A stretch of 64,000 bases of DNA from positions 36,786 through 100,785 of the IMG/VR virus record IMGVR_UViG_3300022407_006250; one strand, given 5' to 3'. A model generated the notes under the pieces. It made no database searches. It was given only the letters and a program-made list of their open reading frames with translations, and was not told the origin of the DNA. Position numbers and translations under genes: made by a program. The DNA comes from a virus. This document shows, piece by piece, positions 1-10,761 of this stretch (the first letter of the stretch is position 1; each line of letters opens with the position of its first letter).

Positions 1-522
1 GAAGAACAAATTTTTAGAGAATGGTTTGAACGTAAAGAATTTTCCGTTTATCAACCCACAGCCAATTACGAAGGTGAAGGCGATCATTTGGTAGATAATA
101 AAGGCAGACACTGGATGGGCCATGGATTTAGAACCAGCTTAACCGCAGCAGCGGAAATTCAGACGATTCTCAAAACCATCATCAACCCACTTGAGCTGAT
201 AGACCCTCGTTGGTACCATTTGGATACATGCTTTTGTCCATTACCAAATCACGATGCTGTATTTTGGTATCCCGGTGCATTTGGTCAAGCAAGTCAAAGT
301 AAAATTAGAGCAAGTTTTTCCAACAGTATTGAAATTTCTCTAAGTGATGCCTTGCTATTCTCATGTAATTGCATCTGCATTGGCAACAACTTGTTCATGC
401 CAACCGGATCAACTGTGGCTAACAAACTTCAAACGCTAGGCTACTGTGTCACCGAAGTTGAGTTGAGCGAGTTCTTAAAAGCAGGTGGCGCTGCCAAGTG
501 TTTGGTACTTCATACTAACTAA
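1..522 (+). CDS. Amidinotransferase / dimethylarginine dimethylaminohydrolase-like (pentein superfamily), 5'-truncated by window edge
   Basis: Frame is open from base 1; motifs EGEGD, GHGFRT, YHLDTCF and C-terminal SEFLKAGGAAKC (catalytic Cys). Confidence 0.85.
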   Translation, partial: EEQIFREWFERKEFSVYQPTANYEGEGDHLVDNKGRHWMGHGFRTSLTAAAEIQTILKTIINPLELIDPRWYHLDTCFCPLPNHDAVFWYPGAFGQASQSKIRASFSNSIEISLSDALLFSCNCICIGNNLFMPTGSTVANKLQTLGYCVTEVELSEFLKAGGAAKCLVLHTN

Positions 523-559
523 ATTTTTAATTTCCTTGTAGTCAACTTGAAATAACCAG

Positions 560-588
560 TTGACAAGAAATCGGTTCTATAACATAAT
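560..588 (+). promoter_or_regulatory. Sigma70-type promoter
   Basis: TTGACA-17bp-CATAAT, followed by ATAGCAAC leader and AAGGA RBS before 625. Confidence 0.7.
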
Positions 589-624
589 ACATGTATAGCA
601 ACTTTTAACCCTAAAGGAAATAAA

Positions 625-1719
625 ATGGCAATTGATACACACCGCGTTGAACGTCCACGTGATATTCGAACCCTACTTGAGCGCACTATGAAAGTGGGTC
701 GCCCAGCAATGATCTGGGGGCCGCCCGGAATTGGTAAGAGCGAACTGATTGCGGAGATCGGTCAAGAGCAGAATCGGCCTGTAATTGATATGCGTTTGCT
801 ACTGCTTGATCCCACTGACATCAAAGGCATTCCTTACTTTGATCCAGCAACCAAGACCATGAAGTGGGCACAACCAGCAGACTTGCCTACAGATGATTAT
901 TTTGCCAATGCTATTTTGTTCTTGGATGAAATTAACGCAGCACCGCCAAGTGTGCAGGCTGCTGCATATCAGCTGATTCTCAATCGCCGAGTTGGTGAAT
1001 ATCGCTTGCCTAAGGGTGTATCAATGGTGTGTGCAGGCAACCGCGATAGTGATAAGGGTGTTACTTATCGTATGCCCAGTCCGCTTGCTAATCGACTGAT
1101 CCACTTTGAAATGGGTACTAACTTTGAAGACTGGCAAAAGTGGGCAATTGGCAATCGCATCCATGCTGATGTGGTTGGCTTCTTGTCTTACCACAAGCAA
1201 AAGCTCTTTAACTTTGATCCCAAGAGCCCAGACAAGGCATTTGCTACTCCGCGTTCGTGGGTGTTTGTATCTCAGTTGATTACAGACGACTTGTCAGACT
1301 CCATGAATACTGCACTGGTATGCGGTGCAGTTGGGGAAGGGCTTGCCAGTGAATTTGCACAACACCGTAAGGTTGCAGCACGTATGCCCAAGGCAGATGA
1401 TGTGTTGTTGGGCAAGGAGAAGGCACTGAATGTCAAAGACTTGAGTGCCATGTATTCGCTGACTATTTCCATGTGCTACACACTTCAGGAATGGGTTGGT
1501 AAGGCCAAGGTCAAAGAAGAAGGGTTTGGCATGGAAGAGTGGCACGAATGTGTTGACAACTTCTTTACATTCATGATGGACAACTTCCAAACTGAAATGA
1601 TTGTGCTTGGTGCTAAGACTGCGCTACGCGATTATGCATTGCCGATCAATCATCGTCAGTTGAAGACGTTCAAGACCTTCCATGACAAGTACGGCAAGTA
1701 TATTTTGGAAGATCATTAA
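625..1719 (+). CDS. MoxR-like AAA+ ATPase
   Basis: Walker A WGPPGIGKS, Walker B LFLDE, AGNR sensor I, LANR Arg finger, TPRSW sensor II. Confidence 0.9.
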   Translation: MAIDTHRVERPRDIRTLLERTMKVGRPAMIWGPPGIGKSELIAEIGQEQNRPVIDMRLLLLDPTDIKGIPYFDPATKTMKWAQPADLPTDDYFANAILFLDEINAAPPSVQAAAYQLILNRRVGEYRLPKGVSMVCAGNRDSDKGVTYRMPSPLANRLIHFEMGTNFEDWQKWAIGNRIHADVVGFLSYHKQKLFNFDPKSPDKAFATPRSWVFVSQLITDDLSDSMNTALVCGAVGEGLASEFAQHRKVAARMPKADDVLLGKEKALNVKDLSAMYSLTISMCYTLQEWVGKAKVKEEGFGMEEWHECVDNFFTFMMDNFQTEMIVLGAKTALRDYALPINHRQLKTFKTFHDKYGKYILEDH

Positions 1720-1731
1720 TATAGGAGCCGT

Positions 1732-1974
1732 ATGTCCCGCTATACGTTAAAAAGCTTCTGTGATGACAAGCAAATGGAACGCTTTGATCACAGAAGTAAA
1801 TCAAAACTATTGGGACTTCTTGATCAACCCAAGCACCATGAAGAAAGTGTTGTTGGTGCATGGGGAGATGTTGAAGTAAGGGCAAATAGATTTGAAATCT
1901 TTGATTCTCAAATGACCAAAGTGTTTAATGGCTCTATCACAGACGCTATGATATTTGCAAGGAAATTAAAATGA
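1732..1974 (+). CDS. Hypothetical protein
   Basis: ORF with AGGAG RBS, in operon. Confidence 0.7.
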   Translation: MSRYTLKSFCDDKQMERFDHRSKSKLLGLLDQPKHHEESVVGAWGDVEVRANRFEIFDSQMTKVFNGSITDAMIFARKLK

Positions 1975-2144
1975 TCGAATATAAAATTGTCAGCGGTGGT
2001 AACAAAGATATTGTCGCAATTGAAGTTAACGGTCTGTTAAGTGAAAATTGGAAGTTATATGGATCTTTGTGTATTGCGCCCTCGGGTCAATATGTAAATT
2101 ATGCTCAGGCACTGATTCGGGAATTTGAGATTCGACCAAATTAA
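1971..2144 (+). CDS. Small DUF1737-like protein (57 aa, not in ORF track)
   Basis: MIEYKIVSGGNK...VNGLLSENWKLYGS...YAQAL; ATGA overlap with upstream stop. Confidence 0.55.
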   Translation: MIEYKIVSGGNKDIVAIEVNGLLSENWKLYGSLCIAPSGQYVNYAQALIREFEIRPN

Positions 2145-2253
2145 ATTTTATCCTTCGCGCCTTCAAACGTACGGTATCAGCAGAGCAAAATAATCACTTG
2201 CTCTACTTATTAACTTGTTGTATAATAAATACATGAACAAACAGGAAACAAAG

Positions 2254-3432
2254 ATGAATGATAAAGATGCAGTTCTGGAACAACTGACTAGGGCTCGAAT
2301 TTCTTTACTACTTCAACAACCATTTTGGGGCACACTTGCCACACGTCTTATTCTAAAGGATGCTACAGACGATGCATGGTGTAAAACTGCTGCCACTGAT
2401 GGTCGATATTTTTATTACAATTGTGACTTTATTAAAAAGCTTACCAAGGCCGAAACTATCTTTTTAGTTGCACACGAAGTTGAACATTGTGTTTATGATC
2501 ATATGAGCCGTCGAGGCAGCCGCAAGCCCAAAATGTGGAATGCCGCTGCCGACTTTGTTATCAATTGGGAACTATCCGAAAACAATATTGGCAAAATGCC
2601 AGATCCAAAGACATCTGGTGTGCAGGCATGTTTTGATGCAAAGTATGCAGGCATGTTTGCTGAAGAAGTTTATGAAAATCTTCTCAACGACCCAGATGCT
2701 GTCTATCCCGAATTTGATGTACATCTTGAACCCGGCGACGGCAATGGCGAGCCAATGACCGAAGAAGAACGTAGAGCTCTTTCAGACGAGATTCGTGCTG
2801 CCATTATGCAAGCTGCTAAAGCAGCTGGTGCAGGACATATTCCGGGTGGTGTTCAGCGTATGTTGAAGGATCTTATCGAACCGCAAATGGATTGGCGAGA
2901 AATTCTAAACATGAAATTGCAATCCATGATCAAGAATGACTATACATGGTCACGCTGTTCAAAGAAGGCTCAATCAAATGGATATTATCTGCCGGGCACA
3001 AAAGAAGATGTACGCATTGAAGCTGCTGTTTCTATTGACTGCTCCGGATCCATGTCAGACGAAATGCTGCGAGATTTGTTGAGCGAAGTAAAAGGCATTA
3101 TGTCGCAATTTACTGACTTCAAACTTCGCTTGTGGTGCTTTGATACGGCTGTTTACAATGAAATTGAGCTTACACCCGACACGCTAGATGAAATTGATAA
3201 TTATGAAATAAAAGGTGGCGGTGGCACTGATTTTATGTGTAACTGGAATTACATGAAAGAAAATAGCATTGAGCCTGAGCGATTCATCATGATGACCGAC
3301 GGATATCCGTATGGCAGCTGGGGTGATGAAAATTACTGCGACACACTGTTCTTAATTCACGGAGACACACATCGTAAACTGGTTGCACCGTTTGGTATGA
3401 CCGCATGGTATGAGCCTAGCGATAAAAAATAA
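2254..3432 (+). CDS. DUF2201-type metallopeptidase + VWA domain protein, partner of the MoxR ATPase
   Basis: TAATDG, HEVEH (HEXXH), MIDAS DCSGS, GGGGTDF, TDG; start chosen from AGGA RBS. Confidence 0.88.
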   Translation: MNDKDAVLEQLTRARISLLLQQPFWGTLATRLILKDATDDAWCKTAATDGRYFYYNCDFIKKLTKAETIFLVAHEVEHCVYDHMSRRGSRKPKMWNAAADFVINWELSENNIGKMPDPKTSGVQACFDAKYAGMFAEEVYENLLNDPDAVYPEFDVHLEPGDGNGEPMTEEERRALSDEIRAAIMQAAKAAGAGHIPGGVQRMLKDLIEPQMDWREILNMKLQSMIKNDYTWSRCSKKAQSNGYYLPGTKEDVRIEAAVSIDCSGSMSDEMLRDLLSEVKGIMSQFTDFKLRLWCFDTAVYNEIELTPDTLDEIDNYEIKGGGGTDFMCNWNYMKENSIEPERFIMMTDGYPYGSWGDENYCDTLFLIHGDTHRKLVAPFGMTAWYEPSDKK

Positions 3433-3452
3433 TAATTAAAAAGATACTGTAA

Positions 3453-4037
3453 ATGTCCGATGTACTGGTTCTTAATGCCGACGGAATGCCTCTTTCTCAT
3501 ATCCCTTTATCCGTAGTAACGTGGCAAACTGCTATACGTTTGGTTTTTTTGGAAAAAGTGCGAGTATTGAAGGAATACAACAACTGGTATATTAGATCAC
3601 AGCACTTAGAGATAAAGGTCCCTTCTATTATAATCATGACGGAACAGGTCAAGTGGGGTAAACATTTAAGATATACTAGATCAAATGTTTATCTTAGAGA
3701 CGACTTTACATGTCAGTTGCAATTTACGAATCGCTGTCGAGAAAAAGCAGGCAAAGTAAGAACATCAGAGTTAACCCTAGACCATGTAATACCAAAATCA
3801 CAAGGTGGCAAGACAACATGGGCCAATGTGTGTGCATGTTGTAAGGAATGTAATAGTAAAAAGGGTAATGATCATACTGTTGTGCCAAAGAAAACACCGC
3901 ATAAACCATCTTACTATGAAATTTTATCAAAGCGTAAAAATTTACCAATCCATGTTAGAGACGAAGATTGGAAATTTTACTTAGATTGGCCCGAAGATTT
4001 AATAAATGTAATTCCAAAATCAAAGGAAATTGACTAA
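3453..4037 (+). CDS. HNH endonuclease
   Basis: VLVLNA N-terminus, RDDFTCQ, TLDHVIPKSQGG, W.NV.ACC..CN..KG. Confidence 0.9.
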   Translation: MSDVLVLNADGMPLSHIPLSVVTWQTAIRLVFLEKVRVLKEYNNWYIRSQHLEIKVPSIIIMTEQVKWGKHLRYTRSNVYLRDDFTCQLQFTNRCREKAGKVRTSELTLDHVIPKSQGGKTTWANVCACCKECNSKKGNDHTVVPKKTPHKPSYYEILSKRKNLPIHVRDEDWKFYLDWPEDLINVIPKSKEID

Positions 4038-4227
4038 AGGAGCTGCATTTATATATAATTTTAGTAAGAGTATTTTTAAATACTCTTATTATTATAACTT
4101 TACTTAACTCAATAAAAATTTAAAAAATTGTCCAGGAAAATATCAATATTCTGTACGTTTTTTATTTTTTATGATAAGTAATGTAGGTAGATAATATTTA
4201 ACCAAACCTTAACAAACGGAGATTACA

Positions 4228-4557
4228 ATGGCAAAATCATCAAAGAAGGCTGCTTCAGCAGTTGAAGAAACTCAAGTACCTGCACAAGCAGAAACCGAGA
4301 CCACACAAGAACCAGTTCAGCTAACTATCGCTGATCTACAACTTTTGGCTCGTATTGTTGATCTAGCATCACGTCGCGGTGCTTTCCAGGCTGCTGAACT
4401 TTCACAAGTTGGCGAATCATTCAACAAGCTATCAAGCTTCTTGAACTATGTCGAAAGTGTTCAGAAAAAGGAAGCCGAAGCAGCTGGTGAAACAGCAGCT
4501 GAAGCTGAAGCTGAAGTTGAAACAGAGACAGAAGCTGCTGAAGCTACAGCAGAGTGA
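4228..4557 (+). CDS. Hypothetical acidic protein
   Basis: GGAG RBS, biased codon use, followed by hairpin AAAGGGCGAAAGCCCTTT. Confidence 0.75.
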   Translation: MAKSSKKAASAVEETQVPAQAETETTQEPVQLTIADLQLLARIVDLASRRGAFQAAELSQVGESFNKLSSFLNYVESVQKKEAEAAGETAAEAEAEVETETEAAEATAE

Positions 4558-4596
4558 GCAAGAAAAAGGGCGAAAGCCCTTTAAGGAGAATAATTT

Positions 4597-5349
4597 ATGG
4601 CTATTGAAAATTTAAAAAAACATTCAGGACAACTTGCAAATACAGGAGTTCGCGTCGCTGTAGTTTTTAGAAAACTTCCAAATGACGAAACAAACTGCTT
4701 AATAGTTGAAACGGAAAGACTTCCCGATAGTTATCATGACTACATAATTCAGTGTCTCAACAGCAAAGAATCGGCCGAAACTAATGATTTCTACGAGGTT
4801 TTAAATCGCAGAACATTTCCGGATGGTTCAAATTGCTTGACATCATTGCATCAACGTGGATTTTTAAGAAAGGAACCTGTTACTAACATAGTGATGCTTC
4901 CGCTACCGGGGCAGGCAGTTCCTCTTGCACTTATCAATGCAACAATTGATAAGAAAGTTGATCAATATGTTGCCCAACAAAATGCAGCAAAAACTGCACT
5001 AGAGAACACAGAAGTTCCAGCAGTTCCTGCTATTAGTGTAACAACTGATGATCCAGTGGCAGTTGCAAAAGGGCTTATCTTGCAAGCCGAGTTGCTAGAA
5101 CAAGATGCTCTTGCCAAGAGAGAAGAAGCGTATGGCTTGGCTCCCGATCTAAGGCCCGGAAGAGGCCGTCCGTCTTTACCCGAAGATCTCAAGAACGAAA
5201 AACTTGAAGAGCGAAAGATAAAACGGCGAGAAAGAGATCAGAAAAAAGCAGCCGAATCTAAGATTGCAGCAAAAACAGCAGCATTAGATTCTAAAGTTGC
5301 AGCAAAGATAGAGCGTGATCGAACCCGATTAGAAGAATCTGTTAAATAA
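4597..5349 (+). CDS. Hypothetical protein with GRGRP AT-hook-like motif and basic C-terminus
   Basis: AAGGAG RBS; long ORF followed by terminator. Confidence 0.75.
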   Translation: MAIENLKKHSGQLANTGVRVAVVFRKLPNDETNCLIVETERLPDSYHDYIIQCLNSKESAETNDFYEVLNRRTFPDGSNCLTSLHQRGFLRKEPVTNIVMLPLPGQAVPLALINATIDKKVDQYVAQQNAAKTALENTEVPAVPAISVTTDDPVAVAKGLILQAELLEQDALAKREEAYGLAPDLRPGRGRPSLPEDLKNEKLEERKIKRRERDQKKAAESKIAAKTAALDSKVAAKIERDRTRLEESVK

Positions 5350-5362
5350 TAGTATTTTTCAT

Positions 5363-5388
5363 AAAATAGCCCTTCGGGGCTATTTTTT
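5363..5388 (+). terminator. Rho-independent terminator
   Basis: AAAATAGCCC-TTCG-GGGCTATTTTTT. Confidence 0.85.
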
Positions 5389-5475
5389 AATTGATTAGAG
5401 CTTTTGCCCCTGTTAGTAAAGGGTTAGAATAGTATGAGGTTTGCCGATAAATAATACGTAGTTGGAGATACTCAT

Positions 5476-5808
5476 ATGACAAGAAAAATTACAAGTTTCA
5501 ATCTTGATAAGTCTGTTGGTAAACTTGCCAAAACATCAGTTTTTGATCAAATTGTAAAAGAAATTGATGCGACAGAAATACCAGCCAAGTATGTGGAGCA
5601 GATACTTGTTCAGTATCATGACGGAAATATTGTTGAACTAAACAAAGCAGAAATATCCCAACCCATTCCCCTAAACAAGGATGCATCCTGGGAATCAATG
5701 GAAGACGAATTTAAAAAAATGAAAGATGTAAAAGTCTTTATTAATATTGATGATTTAGAAAAAGATATCAATGTATTGGTAGAAAATATTTTAGGAAATC
5801 ATTGCTAA
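5476..5808 (+). CDS. Hypothetical protein (late-type promoter TAAATA at 5448)
   Basis: ORF with GGAG RBS. Confidence 0.7.
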   Translation: MTRKITSFNLDKSVGKLAKTSVFDQIVKEIDATEIPAKYVEQILVQYHDGNIVELNKAEISQPIPLNKDASWESMEDEFKKMKDVKVFINIDDLEKDINVLVENILGNHC

Positions 5809-5838
5809 TAAGAGTCAGCAGACTTTGACGATAAATAG

Positions 5839-6237
5839 TTGATGCCATTACCAACTGTTACCATTGCATCTATCACAAGCCTGCCTTCAGGTCCTTATAA
5901 CGGATCAAACATAGTGGGTGTTATTATAACCAGCGGTGTTCCAAGTTATTTTAAAATTCAAGGATCAAATCTAGATAGAATCGTATCGGTTAATTGGTAT
6001 CCGCGCAATGCAGCAAGTGTGTTACAAGAATCTAGAAATATCATATTAGTTGATAATACTATAGGAACCTTCATGATTAGAGTCCTAGACAACTATCTAG
6101 ATATAAATGATCGTGGCGGGCATATTAGTTTTAGGCTGGATGATGGCACAACATTACAGGCTCCGGTAAAAACATATGGGCCAATTTCACTCATGCCATT
6201 ATGGGCTGCACCAAGCGCGGGATTAAATACCGGCTAA
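5839..6237 (+). CDS. Hypothetical beta-rich, possibly virion protein
   Basis: TAAATA at 5832 immediately upstream; beta-strand-rich composition. Confidence 0.55.
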   Translation: MMPLPTVTIASITSLPSGPYNGSNIVGVIITSGVPSYFKIQGSNLDRIVSVNWYPRNAASVLQESRNIILVDNTIGTFMIRVLDNYLDINDRGGHISFRLDDGTTLQAPVKTYGPISLMPLWAAPSAGLNTG

Positions 6238-6257
6238 ACTTAACCAAGCACGTTAAT

Positions 6258-7022
6258 ATGAAAAAACTATTGATTGGTATATTTATATCAATACTGTGCT
6301 CAACTGCGCACAGTTATAACACACCTGCACCTAAATATTCATTTAGTGCAAAAAGCTATTTGATAGCTGATATGGATGGACAAATTTTAAAAGAGCAACA
6401 AAGCGAAGTTGTTCGCCCTGTTGCTTCAATAAGTAAATTGATGATTGCATTGATTTCAGTTGACCACGATCTAGAAGAACAACTGCCTATAACCAAACCC
6501 AGAAAGGTACAAAGTAGTATCCCGCCCAGCGTCAAGTATCTTACCAGACGAGAATTATTGACACTTGCACTTGTTAAATCGGATAATCTAGCTGCTCAAA
6601 CTTTATGTGACAATTTGGTAAATTGTGTAGATATCATGAATAGCACAGCACAGGGCCTGGGTATGGAAAATACCTACTATGCAGAGCCCACGGGGCTTGA
6701 TCGTGAAAATGTCAGTACCGCACAAGATTTACTGAAGTTGTTGATGGCAGCTTCTACCAATGAAACTATTAAAGAAATATCCAGCATGAGTTCCGCCAAA
6801 ATTTACACTGATAAAAAAGTAATTAAAATAAACAACACCAACCCACTTACATCAAGGTTTGATGTGACATTATCTAAAACAGGATTCACAGTCCCTGCAG
6901 GAGGTTGTTTGGTCATGATTATAAATTCTCAAGTTGGACAAAGAATACTTATACTGCTTGGTAGTAAAAATGCTCGTACTCGTATACCCGATATGATAAC
7001 ACTGGTCAAGGGAATTCAATAA
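6258..7022 (+). CDS. Peptidase S11 D-Ala-D-Ala carboxy/endopeptidase (PBP5/PBP7-like), exported
   Basis: Signal peptide MKKLLIG..., SxxK (ASISKLM), SxN (SDN), KTG. Confidence 0.9.
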   Translation: MKKLLIGIFISILCSTAHSYNTPAPKYSFSAKSYLIADMDGQILKEQQSEVVRPVASISKLMIALISVDHDLEEQLPITKPRKVQSSIPPSVKYLTRRELLTLALVKSDNLAAQTLCDNLVNCVDIMNSTAQGLGMENTYYAEPTGLDRENVSTAQDLLKLLMAASTNETIKEISSMSSAKIYTDKKVIKINNTNPLTSRFDVTLSKTGFTVPAGGCLVMIINSQVGQRILILLGSKNARTRIPDMITLVKGIQ

Positions 7023-7081
7023 ATCACTTGCTATTTTAATATAATTGTAGTACACTAACTGTACATCAGTACATTAACAGC

Positions 7082-8078
7082 ATGATTTCACTAATTTACA
7101 CCGTTAATCCGGAACAAAAAGATAGCGAACTGGAATGGCTTCGAGATCAAAAAATTTATCCGGGCATTGAAGAATTTTATAGTTATCAAGATAACAAGAT
7201 GCGCGTTAGATTTGGAGTGATTGTTTCACCCGAAGCCGCACTTTCAATTAAACTAAGGCATAGGCTAGATTTGCAAATGGAGTACAGCAAATGAAAATGA
7301 TGTCTATAAAGGCCAATATAGAAGATGTAGATAACATCAGGAAATTGTTGGCTGAACACAATGCGTCTGTTTTTCGAGTAATTGAACTCAGCGAAGGTAC
7401 ACCAGATATGGGAATTCAGGTTGTTCAGTGTCAAATACTTTTTCATATCATGAGTGACGATGCTGAAACTTTTCTCAAATTAAAATTTCCCGCAAATACA
7501 TTTCAATCTGTTAGTGCATGATATATGATGACTGCTACCAGATATTACGTCAGTGTACGAACCGACCTGCTTAAAGAATTTGAGAATTATCTTATTCAAA
7601 ATAAATATGAGTTTAGTTTATTATCCACAAATTTTACACCTAAAAGCACAGTTTTAATGTATGCTATAGATATGGATGATCAAGATGCAGTTAGATTAAA
7701 ACTGACGTTTGATATAACAGGTATACTGGATGAAAAAATTCTATTTCCCAAAGTAAATAAAGGCAATATATGACAAAATACACACTTACATTTGACTATA
7801 AAGAAGAAAATAAATTTCGACAAGTTCTCAGTAGACTTGATACTGCCGAATACGTCATACTTGAAGATGTAAAGTCCGTTGATGAATCAAGTAGGTATTC
7901 CGATAAACAGGTCATAATGGAAATTGATCCCGAAGCTTGCTTGACATTTCGCATGGGCATGAGTAAAGTTATGATTCGTCGTGAAAAAACTGAACAAGAA
8001 CTTGCAGCTGAAAAAGAGCGAGACGAGCGTCATAAAATTCACATCAATGTGACCGTTCCCAAAGACGATTTGGAATAA
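7082..8078 (+). CDS. Four tandem small hypothetical proteins (7082-7294, 7291-7521, 7525-7773, 7770-8078)
   Basis: Overlapping start/stop codons; related late motif (E/D)A..(L/I/F)(K/R)(L/M). Confidence 0.65.
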
Positions 8079-8111
8079 ATACATATGTAAAGATTCATTC
8101 AGGATGGCGCA

Positions 8112-8576
8112 GTGAGATTATCGATATTTTTAATTTTTTTATTATTGGTAACATTTTCAGCATTAACACTATGCAGTGAACCTAAAAAAGTATTGAAGGA
8201 ATTTAAGTGGGTACCACTGACCCAACTTGATACTGCCTCTGAAAAATTATATTACGATCGTAATAATAATATTTCTTTATTATCTACTGATACCAAAGTA
8301 TACAATCTCGGACTTATACTAACTGCTTCTAAAAATCCATTTCCTGTAGAAACCGAAACTGGTCCAATGATGGCTCGAAGTTTGGTTACATATGTGATAA
8401 TAGAGTGTAATTCGGGTAATTTGGTAATGGGTTATAGAATGTTTTACGATGTTGCTATGCCGCCCTCTATAGGAAGACCCCTTTCTATAAAGAAGTACCC
8501 ATCACTTGAAGACAGCACAACACTTGTTGACAAGTCATCCGTGTTGTATGATTCCTTGTGTCCAAAAACCATCTGA
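8112..8576 (+). CDS. Exported hypothetical protein
   Basis: Hydrophobic N-terminal signal; TAAATA upstream. Confidence 0.6.
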   Translation: MRLSIFLIFLLLVTFSALTLCSEPKKVLKEFKWVPLTQLDTASEKLYYDRNNNISLLSTDTKVYNLGLILTASKNPFPVETETGPMMARSLVTYVIIECNSGNLVMGYRMFYDVAMPPSIGRPLSIKKYPSLEDSTTLVDKSSVLYDSLCPKTI

Positions 8577-8721
8577 AAAAAGCAATTTAAAAAGTCAATT
8601 TAAAATTTTTATCTTGGATTTTTAAATAAGAATAAAATTCTTAAATAGAAAAGTAACATTCAATTCCTATTGACAACAGCACTGCATTCAGTTAAAATCT
8701 AATCATTGTAATAAAATCAAG

Positions 8722-9231
8722 ATGAAAACTCTCAAGGACTATATCAACATGCTTACTAATATCATAGATCAGGTAGATGAACCGTACAGTTATATCGACG
8801 AAGATTGGTTCAAAATTGACGGGTTTGAAACCTTCAAGCTGGGTGCCGTTGAGCACTACGAAAAAGCCACACAGGCAGGCAGCATAGACACACTGGAAAG
8901 TAATGGCAAGCCACAACAGTATGAAGCGGGCTGGTATATCGTGACTGGGCCTGCTGGTGAAAAATACAGCATGCCTCCCGAAACTTTTGCCTCACTCAAA
9001 GACGATAATGGTGACGGTACTTGCACACCAAAGAAAATTATCAAAACAGCCAAACTGGCAGATCATAACGGCGTGGTCAATACCAGTTGGGGTGATGCCT
9101 TGTATTATACAGCACAAAATGATTTTATTGTTCGACATGGTGCAAAAGACTATGGTGTTGTTAAGGCACACATTTTCCGTCAAACATATGATACATCAAA
9201 TTTGGTTGACAACATAAAGCCTGCACCTTGA
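8722..9231 (+). CDS. PGDYG-like domain protein
   Basis: Duplicated module, GAKDYGVV..IF..TY. Confidence 0.55.
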   Translation: MKTLKDYINMLTNIIDQVDEPYSYIDEDWFKIDGFETFKLGAVEHYEKATQAGSIDTLESNGKPQQYEAGWYIVTGPAGEKYSMPPETFASLKDDNGDGTCTPKKIIKTAKLADHNGVVNTSWGDALYYTAQNDFIVRHGAKDYGVVKAHIFRQTYDTSNLVDNIKPAP

Positions 9232-9260
9232 AATCCTTTTAACCCGAGAAATCCTTTAAA

Positions 9261-9644
9261 ATGAAACAAGTATTTAAAACCCAAGAAGAAACTGAAAAGT
9301 TTGTTAATTCTTTGTTTGCTGAAGACAAGTATGTTGTTGACATTTACGAGTTGCCAGCCAGTAAGGGTTATGAAGTCCAGTGGATCGAAAAGAAAACCTA
9401 TATGTCCTATAACGGTGATGTATTTCCCGACGAAGTATGGGTCACTGAATCGGGCGATATGAAATTCATTCAAGACCTCGAAACCGAACATGCCAAAAAT
9501 ATCATTCGTATGATAATCAGGGAGCAGCGAAAAGAGCAATTGCTCATGCAGCGACTATCTGAAAAAATTGAGGAAGTAATGAACGAGGAACCAAAATCCG
9601 ACGAGCATAACATCTCGGTTGCTACGCCCTATACATTGCACTAA
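9261..9644 (+). CDS. Hypothetical protein
   Basis: ORF in co-directional block. Confidence 0.65.
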   Translation: MKQVFKTQEETEKFVNSLFAEDKYVVDIYELPASKGYEVQWIEKKTYMSYNGDVFPDEVWVTESGDMKFIQDLETEHAKNIIRMIIREQRKEQLLMQRLSEKIEEVMNEEPKSDEHNISVATPYTLH

Positions 9645-10003
9645 ACTTAAAATACAGCGAGATTTATCACAGTCTTGCTGAATTTGTGTGTCAGTGCCGC
9701 AGATAATCAAAATAACGAAGAAATGCACTTTTTTCCTCTTTGTAATCAACAGGTTACAACACCATTTCTTGAAATTTCACCAAACCCAATACCAAACAAC
9801 ATCAACTGTGTTTTGGCAAAATTAATCAAGTTAATCTTCCAATTGACTTCATTTGTACTTTTTGCTATACTGTAGTTGTTAAGGAGATGTACATGCGGAT
9901 GCTTAAAAAAGTTATTTTTAGCCTACTTGTAAACACGGCAAATGCCTGGCAATGGTCAGCATACATTTATATTCCAATTTGCACCAGTAACTAACAGAAT
10001 TTT

Positions 10004-10080
10004 GCGGCCTTAGCTCAGCTGGATAGAGCAAGCGGCTTCTACCCGCTAGGCCGGGGGTTCGAATCCCTCAGGCCGCACCA
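10004..10080 (+). tRNA. tRNA-Arg(TCT)
   Basis: Cloverleaf GCGGCCT/AGGCCGC, anticodon arm AGCGG-CTTCTAC-CCGCT, TTCGAAT T-loop, encoded CCA. Confidence 0.95.
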
Positions 10081-10103
10081 ATTAACCTAAATGAAAGATT
10101 AAA

Positions 10104-10685
10104 ATGATTCTTCAACATTCGGCCACTACTGATTTTGATCCATCAAACAAAGAGCATAGACAAGCAGTAAAAGATTTCCTAAAGCGCAAGGCTTGGGCAG
10201 ATGCCAAATTTCGATTTACACACGATCCTGTCTATGGTAGTGTTGCCAGTCAAGTACAAGGCAAATTGCTGGATTGGTATCTCGAGCAAGAAGATGCTCG
10301 TACCAAGCGAGTTCAAGTAGTTAAAAATTAAAATATTGGAGTAATCATGTTCAATTTGTTTAAAAAGCAACCCACTGTCGATACGCTCGAGCTGTTTCGG
10401 CAGCTGAACGACTCACCCGAATCTGAAACTAATACCTATAATAAGCTGTCTAAGAATCCTGCTTATCCTACTTACGCAGCGGGTGTACCTGTACCGGAAG
10501 CTGAAAACAATGATGCTGTTTACACAGTCGGTGTCAACCAAGCAGGTGAGACTCAGCTGAGAATTAACAACAACGGATCTGCCAGCATGACACTCACAAT
10601 GAGTCCTCAATCAGTTGCCATGTTGATCAAGCAATTGGCTGTCACCATCGAAGATGAATATGATGTTGATGTTGACAAGATTTAA
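10104..10685 (+). CDS. Two hypothetical proteins (10104-10331, 10347-10685)
   Basis: Co-directional ORFs between tRNAs. Confidence 0.6.
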
Positions 10686-10761
10686 ATAAAACAATTGACT
10701 ACATACAAAGTATACAGTGTATTACATGCATAGGTTAGAAAGATTTAGTTTTAAAATTATC

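Noticed and set aside
3453-4037. HNH gene as an intron- or intein-borne mobile element
   Set aside because: It is free-standing between complete genes, with no interrupted host gene or intron structure visible.
7621-7629. DnaA box TTATCCACA
   Set aside because: Single copy inside a CDS with no origin-like context.
10004-10080. Amber-suppressor tRNA or stop-codon recoding (TCTA in the loop)
   Set aside because: The 7-nt loop CTTCTAC centres on TCT (Arg), and long genes read intact in the standard code.
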